DNA of 64,000 nt. It comes from Planctomycetes bacterium UBA1662. GTDB taxonomy: Bacteria; Planctomycetota; UBA8108. Every line of letters starts with the position of its first letter. Positions within the stretch are counted from its first letter, which is position 1. A program made the position numbers and the translations under genes. The notes under the pieces are model-generated. The model saw only the letters and a list, made by a program, of their open reading frames with translations, did no database searches and was not told the origin of the DNA. The stretch lies in assembly GCA_002320775.1 (NCBI GenBank), contig DCKY01000187.1, forward strand, positions 7,161 to 71,160, read 5' to 3'. This document shows positions 17,393 to 26,600 of this stretch, piece after piece.

Positions 17393-18673
17393 ATGGTCGG
17401 CAGGAAGAGCCAGCAACCGGACGAATTGCGCTACAGGGTGGTTCTGGGAGACTCGCGCTCGATGGCCGACGTCGAGGATGGCTCAGTGCACCTGGTGGTG
17501 ACCTCCCCTCCCTACTGGCAGTTGAAGGACTACGAGGCCGAGGACCAGATCGGCTTTCACCAGGAATACGATGAGTACATCGGCGAGCTTGACAGGGTCT
17601 GGGGCGAATGCGAGCGGGCACTCCACCCTGGCTGCAGGCTGGCGGTCAATATCGGCGACCAGTTCCTTCGCGCCAAGACCTACGGCCGGTACCGGGTCGC
17701 GGCGATCCATGCGGATATCATTCGCGGCTGTGTCGGCCGGGGTCTCGATTTCATGGGCTCGATCATCTGGCAGAAGGTGACGACGATGAACACATCCGGG
17801 GGCGGAGTGATCATGGGCTCCTTTCCCTATCCCCGCAACGGTATCGTGAAGCTCGATTACGAGCACATCCTGCTGTTCAAGAAGCTGGGCAAGGCTCCGC
17901 GGCCGGATCCCGCGCAGAAGGAGCTCTCGCGCCTGAGCACGGAGGAGTGGAACGAGTATTTCTACGGTCACTGGACCTTTCCTGGCGCCAGGCAGGAGGA
18001 CCATATCGCTGTTTTTCCCCGTGAGCTTCCCCGCCGGCTGATCCGAATGTTCACCTTCGCCGGGGAGACGGTTCTCGATCCCTTCCTCGGCAGTGGAACC
18101 ACGTTGAGCGTGGCGCGCGAGCTGGGCCGGTCCTGTACGGGCTACGAGCTCAACCCCGCGTTCCTCGCTACCATTCGCGAGAAGACGGGGTTTGGTGAAC
18201 AAAAGGAGTTTTTTCACGGGCAAGAGAAGTTGGAGGTGATCGACAAGCTTCCGTTCGCGGACGAAGAGAACGGCAAGGCGGGCGAACCCTCCGCCAGGGG
18301 GCCGGCTGGGAGCTTTGGTTCCGTCATTCGAAAGGGCGACAGCCGGCGGCGGGAGGAGTATCACCGGGTCCGGGAGGTTCTGGACGTTCGGACGATTGAG
18401 CTCGAAGACGGCAGGAACCTGAAGCTCCTTGGCCTGATCGAGGCCGGCGGAGCGGGAGGGGCGGAGCGTCTTCGCGAGCTGGTCGATGGGAAGCAGGTCT
18501 ATTTCAAGAACGATCCCGGGACAGATGGAGAGGATGGGGTCTATCTCTACCTGCGTAACAGGACCTGCATCAATTCACGGTTGATCAGGGATGGGGCTGC
18601 CGGAGTTGACGAGGGTCGTGAATACAGGATGAAGAAGCGGTTCCTGCGCTACCGGGCTGAGCTCGAATCCTGA
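17393..18673 (+). CDS. DNA methyltransferase, beta-class (SPPY motif IV then DPFLGSGTT motif I). Likely N4-cytosine/N6-adenine. It has a C-terminal SNase-like (degenerate) domain.
   Basis: I trimmed the start to the ATG at 17393, 5 bp after the dus stop. Motifs are VVTSPPYW and DPFLGSGTT. The C-terminal ~140 aa (VLDVRTIELEDG...LLGLIEAGGAG...GKQVYFKND...DGVYLYLRN) follow the staphylococcal-nuclease fold pattern, but the catalytic residues are altered. Confidence 0.75.
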   Translation: MVGRKSQQPDELRYRVVLGDSRSMADVEDGSVHLVVTSPPYWQLKDYEAEDQIGFHQEYDEYIGELDRVWGECERALHPGCRLAVNIGDQFLRAKTYGRYRVAAIHADIIRGCVGRGLDFMGSIIWQKVTTMNTSGGGVIMGSFPYPRNGIVKLDYEHILLFKKLGKAPRPDPAQKELSRLSTEEWNEYFYGHWTFPGARQEDHIAVFPRELPRRLIRMFTFAGETVLDPFLGSGTTLSVARELGRSCTGYELNPAFLATIREKTGFGEQKEFFHGQEKLEVIDKLPFADEENGKAGEPSARGPAGSFGSVIRKGDSRRREEYHRVREVLDVRTIELEDGRNLKLLGLIEAGGAGGAERLRELVDGKQVYFKNDPGTDGEDGVYLYLRNRTCINSRLIRDGAAGVDEGREYRMKKRFLRYRAELES

Positions 18674-18682
18674 GTCCCGCTC

Positions 18683-19510
18683 CTATCCGGCCTCCAGGTG
18701 ATCAAGGAGCGCCGCTCCCTCATCGAGGCCCGGGGCGAGGAAGTGAGCCCCCGCCTTCAGCAGCCGCTCGCGCTTGCCGCTGTTCATATGGTAGCGGTTC
18801 TTTTCCCGGGTGTGGATACCGAAGGCTACGGCCCCGGTTTCCCGGCCATCCTGGATCTCGACATAGCCATCTCCAATGACGATGAGCTCGGGACCGTCGA
18901 GGCCGTGGCCCGAGATGATTCGCTCGATCACCATTCGCTTCGAGAAGTTTTCGTATTGTCGAAGCGCTCCGAATATCCGGTCCTCGAAAAGATGCTCGAA
19001 GCCCAGGAGGGCGGCGTCTCTTCGAACCAGGTCCTCATCCGTTCCGCTGGCGAGGTAGCAGGTCACTCCGCGTCCCGCCAACTCCTCCAGGAAGGCAAGT
19101 GAGCCGGGGACCAGGAAATCTCCGGGCGGAAGCAGGCCGTCCTCAATCGCCGAGAGCCGGTCCGAGATGGCGGCATCGAGCCGGTCATTGTAGAGCGCCT
19201 TGTATTCAAGGGGCTCCAGCGGCGAGCCGCCGCGCCTCTTGATCTCCTCGCAGAGGCGGATCATCTGGTAGATGGTCTGCTTGCCGGTGAGCTTGTCTAC
19301 GAACCCGGTCACCAGCGCCTCGATTTCTTCGCGGGACTCGTCCCGTCCGCAGTCCTCAAGCAGGTCGACCATCAGGGGGACCATCTGGTCCTGCCATCCA
19401 TCCCTGAGCAGGGACAGGGTGCCATCGAGATCAAAGAGGGCGTAGCGGAGGGGCCTCCGCCGCGGCTCCTCTACGATCTCGATGGCTGTCCCGGGTATCC
19501 TGGGGAGCAA
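18683..19510 (-). CDS. HAD-superfamily hydrolase/phosphatase.
   Basis: It has motif I FDLDGTL. Confidence 0.7.
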   Translation of the reverse strand: MLPRIPGTAIEIVEEPRRRPLRYALFDLDGTLSLLRDGWQDQMVPLMVDLLEDCGRDESREEIEALVTGFVDKLTGKQTIYQMIRLCEEIKRRGGSPLEPLEYKALYNDRLDAAISDRLSAIEDGLLPPGDFLVPGSLAFLEELAGRGVTCYLASGTDEDLVRRDAALLGFEHLFEDRIFGALRQYENFSKRMVIERIISGHGLDGPELIVIGDGYVEIQDGRETGAVAFGIHTREKNRYHMNSGKRERLLKAGAHFLAPGLDEGAALLDHLEAG

Positions 19511-19516
19511 CCGCGA

Positions 19517-20032
19517 TTAACCGGCGGCAGCGCCTACGGCGGCGAGGGCCGCGTCGTAATCGGGATGATCGGTCATCTCCGGAACGACCTCGACATAGGT
19601 AATCTTGTTCTCGGCATCGACAACGAAGATCGCGCGGGTCAGGAGCTTGAGCTCCTTGATCAGCACGCCATAGGCGTTGGCGAAGGAGAGCTCACGGTGG
19701 TCCGACAGGGTCGTCATTTCGACCTCTTCGGCACCGCACCAGCGGCCCTGCGCGAAGGGCAGGTCGGCGCTGACGGTGAGAACCTCGACATTTTCCGGAA
19801 GTCCGGAGATTTCTCCGGCGAAACGCTTGGTCTGCTCGGAGCAGACGCCGGTATCGAGCGAGGGAACCACCGAGATCAGCCTTACCTTGCCGGCTGAGGA
19901 GGCAAGGTTTACGGCTTCTAGGCCGCCATCGATCACATCAAAATCAGGTGCCTGGTCGCCAGCCTGCAATACCGGTCCTACGAGGGTCAGGGGCGCTCCC
20001 TGGAAAGTTACTCCGCCTTCTCTTTCGCTCAT
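19517..20032 (-). CDS. tpx: Thiol peroxidase (atypical 2-Cys peroxiredoxin Tpx).
   Basis: The 171 aa product contains SLDTGVCSEQTKRF with the peroxidatic Cys. Its length is typical of Tpx. Confidence 0.85.
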   Translation of the reverse strand: MSEREGGVTFQGAPLTLVGPVLQAGDQAPDFDVIDGGLEAVNLASSAGKVRLISVVPSLDTGVCSEQTKRFAGEISGLPENVEVLTVSADLPFAQGRWCGAEEVEMTTLSDHRELSFANAYGVLIKELKLLTRAIFVVDAENKITYVEVVPEMTDHPDYDAALAAVGAAAG

Positions 20033-20220
20033 TGTTTTGAACCTTTCCGTTCTCTATAAATATGGCTGTCGCCGAGGTCAGCCTGAAATAAGACAGGCGG
20101 GGCATAATAACGAAAACTGGCGTGTACTTCAATGAGCGTGGCCGGCATCCTTGTACCTTTGAGACGGCAGCCTGAATCGTTTATCCTGAGCGGGATCTTT
20201 GTGGCTGGCCCGGTGAGAGC

Positions 20221-21561
20221 ATGAGCGCGGAAAAAACTGAAAAGACCCCATCGGTAGAGACCATCGCCCGGCGGGCGCGGGCCGCCGCCCTGCAGCTGGC
20301 GGCGCTCTCTACCGAGAGCAAGAATGCCGCCCTCGAGGCGGTCGGGAGCAAGCTGGAGAAGAGACGCGAAGACATCCTGGAGGCCAACCGTGCCGACAAG
20401 GCGGACTGCGAGGCTGAGGTTGAAGCCGGAAGCCTGAGCGGAGCCCTGTTCAAGCGTCTTGATCTCGAGGGGAGCAAGTTCGAATCCATGCTGGCCGGGG
20501 TTGGCGACGTCGCCCGGTTACCGGACCCGGTCGGACAGGTGACCCTCGCGACGAGGCTCGATGAGGGGCTTGATCTCTATCGGGTAAGTTGTCCGCTTGG
20601 AGTCATCGGAGTTATTTTCGAGGCGCGGCCCGAGGCGGCCGTGCAGATTGCCGCTCTTGCGCTTAAATCCTCCAACGCCGTCATCCTCAAGGGCGGCCGC
20701 GAGGCCTCCCGAACGAACGAGGCCCTGGTCTCGGTCATCCAGGAGGCTCTCGGCGAAGTCGATGGAGTGTCGCCGGATGCGGTTCAGCTCGTCTCGACTC
20801 GAGAGGAGGTGCGGGAGATGCTCGATCTGGATCGCTGGATCGACCTGATCATTCCCCGGGGCTCGAATGAGCTGGTGCAGTCCATCCAGGAGGCGACTCG
20901 TATTCCCGTTCTCGGCCATGCCGATGGGATCTGCTCGGTTTATATCGATCGAGAAGCCGATGAGCGTAAAGCGGTGGCCGTCAGCGTCGATGCGAAGACT
21001 CATTATCCGGCCGCCTGCAATGCCTGCGAGACGCTGCTGGTTCATCGCGAGCGGCTTGGCGACCTGCTTCCCGTCCTGGGCGCGGCCCTGCGCGAGGCCG
21101 GCGTGGAGATCAGGGCCGACGAAGAGGCCGCCGCGCATCTTGATGCATCCATCGCCGCCGTCCCCGAGGATTACGACACCGAGTTTCTGGACAGGATCCT
21201 GGCGGTCAGGACGGTTGCCTCGCTCGAGGAGGCTGTTGAACACATCAACTCGCATGGATCCCATCACACCGATGCGATCGTGACCGAGGATGCCGCCGCC
21301 GCCGAGTATTTTCTCTCGCGGGTTGATTCAGCGGGCGTTTTTCACAACGCCTCGACCCGCTTCGCCGATGGCTTCCGCTTCGGCCTCGGGGCGGAGGTTG
21401 GCATCAGCACCAACAAGACCCACGCTCGCGGCCCGGTTGGTCTCGAGGGGCTGGTCATCTACAAGTACCGGCTCTACGGCTCCGGGCATGCCGCCGCCGA
21501 CTACGATCCGGGCGCCAGCGCATTCCTCCACGATGAGATTGAACCCAGGGAGCTTCCCTGA
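20221..21561 (+). CDS. proA: Glutamate-5-semialdehyde dehydrogenase (gamma-glutamyl phosphate reductase).
   Basis: It has the ProA family pattern, including an ALDH-like fold and a catalytic Cys region. Confidence 0.9.
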   Translation: MSAEKTEKTPSVETIARRARAAALQLAALSTESKNAALEAVGSKLEKRREDILEANRADKADCEAEVEAGSLSGALFKRLDLEGSKFESMLAGVGDVARLPDPVGQVTLATRLDEGLDLYRVSCPLGVIGVIFEARPEAAVQIAALALKSSNAVILKGGREASRTNEALVSVIQEALGEVDGVSPDAVQLVSTREEVREMLDLDRWIDLIIPRGSNELVQSIQEATRIPVLGHADGICSVYIDREADERKAVAVSVDAKTHYPAACNACETLLVHRERLGDLLPVLGAALREAGVEIRADEEAAAHLDASIAAVPEDYDTEFLDRILAVRTVASLEEAVEHINSHGSHHTDAIVTEDAAAAEYFLSRVDSAGVFHNASTRFADGFRFGLGAEVGISTNKTHARGPVGLEGLVIYKYRLYGSGHAAADYDPGASAFLHDEIEPRELP

Positions 21562-21787
21562 GCTCTTTTCGGCTCTCCGGCGCTCTGCAAGGGTTCCTTC
21601 GGTCCTCAACTCTTGACCCCGAGATGGGCCGATGGCATACTCACTTTCTTGGTTGTTTCTCAGCCCGACCTGCCTGTGGGCCTTCCCTTGAAGGGCGGCT
21701 CCCGGTTGCTCTGGAGGGCTGGATTCCGCTTTTACGCGGCAGGATCAGTGCTGGAGCTCGAGAGTCATCGGCGTACCTATTTCACAG

Positions 21788-22912
<1,125 letters not shown>

Positions 22913-22924
22913 GGGGCTCCGGAG

Positions 22925-23359
22925 ATGCAGGGTGATGCTTCTGAGGCTGAATCCATTGAAGACGCCGATTCCGATGAGGCCGTCCGGTATGGCCGGGGTT
23001 TTTCCTGGGTCGAGGGTGAGCCGGGCAGCCTGGAAGAGATGGTCGAGATAGCTTTTGACTACCGCGGCGACGTGAGCATTCTGCTTAGAGACGAGGATGA
23101 CCTGGTCGGCTATCTTGCCAACCGCTCCATCTCTCAGCAGGCTCCGGCAGAGTCGTGGATCGAGGTTTTTCCTGCTGCCGGGGGGGCCAGGAGGAGGATC
23201 TCGCTGGCGGCTATTCGGGGGCTGATCCTGAGTGGAAAAGACGTTGCTTCCGGAAAGTCCTGGGAGAACTGGTTGAAAAAGTATACTGAACGTCGAGACG
23301 CTCTCGCCCGGGGGGAAGATGTGGAGAATATCGATCTCTTCCCCGATGAGCTGGACTGA
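22925..23359 (+). CDS. Hypothetical small acidic protein, 13 bp downstream of hpnH.
   Basis: The 144 aa product is acidic. I recognise no family. Confidence 0.35.
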   Translation: MQGDASEAESIEDADSDEAVRYGRGFSWVEGEPGSLEEMVEIAFDYRGDVSILLRDEDDLVGYLANRSISQQAPAESWIEVFPAAGGARRRISLAAIRGLILSGKDVASGKSWENWLKKYTERRDALARGEDVENIDLFPDELD

Positions 23360-23649
23360 GGGTTCCTTTCTGAAACTACCCCTCGGGGCTGTCTTTGCGC
23401 GCCGCTTTCTCTCTTTTTTCAGGCCCATGCCGCCGCTGTTCTATTGCGGTCTGAAGCTTACGGAATGCCCGATGGACAGGCTCCAGAACGATGTGGGCTT
23501 CCTTCCATGAGGCATCCACTTCGGGGCCACAATGTCATTAAAGGTCACCCTGATTTGTCAGGGTAGATATGGACCTATGCGGGGTTTAAAATATACGGAA
23601 GGCTTTGTGTGAGATGTTATATGTTCGTGGGGAATGGGGGATGTAAGAA

Positions 23650-26600
23650 ATGAGAGCACCGATGAAGATCTTCTGTCCTGTCGTCAGCCGGACGGCAGTT
23701 TTATTTTTTATAGCGGCTCTGCTCCTGGGCCACGCAGGCCTGCGCGCGGGTGAATTCGACATCATCATCAATGAGCTGAACTACAACGTCTTTGACAACG
23801 GCGGCGAGGACAGCCTGGAGTTCATCGAGCTCTACAATCGCGGAGGGACAGTCGTCGATCTAAGCGGCTGGGATTTCTCCCGCGGTGTGGACTTCACCTT
23901 TTCCGCGGGGACCATGGTCGAGCCAGGCGAGTATCTTGTCCTGAGTCCTGACCCTGCGGCCGCAGCGGCTCGCTATGGATTGCAGCGCGTCCTGGGACCC
24001 TATCTTGGTCAGCTGGATAATGGCGGCGAGATCCTCGAGCTTCTCAATTCGAAGGGGCAGATGATCAGCCGGGTTCATTATGACGACAGTACGCCCTGGT
24101 CAGGCCGGCCGGATGGCCGGGGGCCGTCGCTGGAGTTTACCGGCGTTGACAATGCCAATAGCCTGGCGAGAAACTGGAAGCCCAGCAAGACTCTCGGGGG
24201 AACTCCCGGACGGGTCAACTCACGCAGGGTGCTGCCCTCGCGCCTGAGCCAGCGAGGTCCGCGTCCTATCGTCTCGTCACAGGGTATCTGGAGGACTTTC
24301 GCCGGCCGCTCAAACCCTTCGGATCCGATAGATGCCTGGACCCGGCTTGACTTTGATGACGAGGATTGGGGCGAGGCCCAGGGAGGCTTCGGGTACGGGC
24401 AGCGGGTCGGCTTCAACTTTTCGACCCAGATCAGCAATATGCGCCGCGAGTTCAACACCTACTACATCCGCAGTAACTTTACAGTTACAGAGGACACCCT
24501 GGCGGCAATTACCGATGGGTCGATTGATCTCAGCCTGACAGTCTCCTATGACGATGCCTTTGTCGCCTACGTAAATGGTACGGAGGTGGCCAGGGACAAT
24601 GTTGGCGACCCCGGGGAACCGGTTGCCTTTGATGCCACCGGGGATGAGAGCCGCAACGAAACGGCTCGTGTTGAGCTCCCCGGCATTGCAGACCTCCTGG
24701 TTGAGGGCGAAAATGTTTTCGCGCTCCAGGGTGTCAATGCTACACGGAACAGCAGGGACTTCTATATCGCCGCCGATCTGCTCATGGCGGAGAACTCTCA
24801 GGATGAGAAGGAAGATGAATCGGCAAATCCCTACATCGGAAGAATTATCAACGAGCTGCTGGCCGGTGAAGGGGATGACCCGGGCTTTATAGAGCTCTTC
24901 AATCCCGAGGACGAGGAGCTCGACCTCAGCGGTAATGTCCTGCTCTCCAGTCGCGGTAATTTTCTCTACGAGATTCCCGGCGGGACCGTTCTTGCCCCGG
25001 GAGAGTTTGTAGTCTTTGACAGCAAGGTGTTGGCTCTTCCTGTTCCAGCCGGCGGCGCCCGCTATGTTCTGCTTGCGGCCGATGGCCGCACTGTTCTCGA
25101 TGACATCGATGTCGAGATCGAGACGCCTGGCCGAAGTGTGGGCCGTTTCCCTGAGGGGGATGAAGATGTCTACGTGCTGGACCAGCCGACCAACGGCGCG
25201 GCCAACACCTATGCGTACAGCTCACCGGTGGTCATCAACGAGATTCATTTTCATCCGCCCTATGTTCCCGCCGGCAAGGACTGCTCCCGACAGTGTTCGG
25301 ACGCTCGTCAGTGGGTTGAGCTGTTGAACCGCAGCGAGGAAGCTGTGGACCTTGGCGGCTGGAAGCTCACCAATGGAATCAGGTATACCTTCGAGCCCGG
25401 CACCATCCTGGCTGCCGGAGCCTACCTTGTCGTAGCCTCTTCACTGGAGGAATTTTCGGCGCTCCACGATGGTGTCGAAAATGTCGTCGGCGACTGGTCC
25501 GGGCGTCTCAACCACGCCACCGAGACGATCAACCTGCGTGATGGTCTCGGTAACCGTGTCGACAGGGTGATCTACGGAGACGGCGGCGCGAAGAATGACG
25601 AGGATCCCGATGATGGAGTGGACGATCGCACCTTCCGCGGCAGCACCTGGCCGATACTTGCGGATGGAGATGGCCCCACCATCGAACTCATCAACCCGGG
25701 CCTCGGCAACCGGGCCGGTGTTTCCTGGAGGGCCTCCAATGATGCCGGTGGAACTCCCGGTGTCCAGAACTCAGTTTTTGAGGCGGACCCCGCCCCCTCG
25801 ATCAGGTCGGTGAAGCATTCCCCCGCCGTTCCGCGCAGCGATGAGGCCGTGGTGGTGACCTGCTCGATCTCGGCTCTCGAGGCTCTGACCGAGGCCGAGG
25901 TCCAATGGTCGATAGCGGGAGGCCCCTCCGGCAACGCGAATCTTCGAGACGATGGCGCGGGTCCTGATGAGCTCGCCCAGGATGGCGTCTTCTCAGCCAG
26001 TATCCCGGCGCAGGATGATGGGGACATCGTTAGATTCTCGGTCGTTGCCGCGACTGGCGCTGGCGGCAGAGTTCGTCTGCCGCTTGAGCCGGAGGCGGAC
26101 CCTTTCCGCGGGTTCCAGGGGGTCTTCTATCTCTACGAGGTAGATAATTCGAATCCGCCGGATACCGGCGCTGCGGTCTTCCGCATCATCATGAATCCGA
26201 ACGACAGCGATGAGCTTGAGGACCGCGATGAGGACAGCAACGTTCTCCTGCCGGCGACGCTGATCTGCGATGGAGAGATCTACTATTGCGCCGGTGTTCG
26301 TTATCGAGGCGAGAACTCACGTCGATTGACCAACAAGGCCTTCAAGATCAGGCTCCCGCCGGAGAATTCCTGCAAGGGTATTGGAAATATCAATCTGCTT
26401 GCGGGTAATGGAAATGATTTCGGCACCTCGACCTTCAACGAGCTTCTCTCTTCCGATCTCTATCGAAGAGCTGGTGCGCCTTACCCCCAGGAATGGAACG
26501 CTGTCCTGCATTTTGCCGGAGTTGTGGGACGTAATTACGACACCCGCTACATTCGCAAGGAGGCCTATGACGATGACTTCCTCACGCGTTTCTTCGCCGG

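Noticed and set aside
17483-18364. A 293 aa minus-strand ORF.
   Set aside because: It is antisense to the methyltransferase gene.
20518-21267. A 249 aa minus-strand ORF.
   Set aside because: It is antisense to proA.
23360-23650. A possible terminator after the acidic small ORF (CCCCTCGGGG ... TCTCTCTTTTTT).
   Set aside because: The stem is only 4 bp with a 2 nt loop. The T-run exists, but the hairpin is too weak to call.
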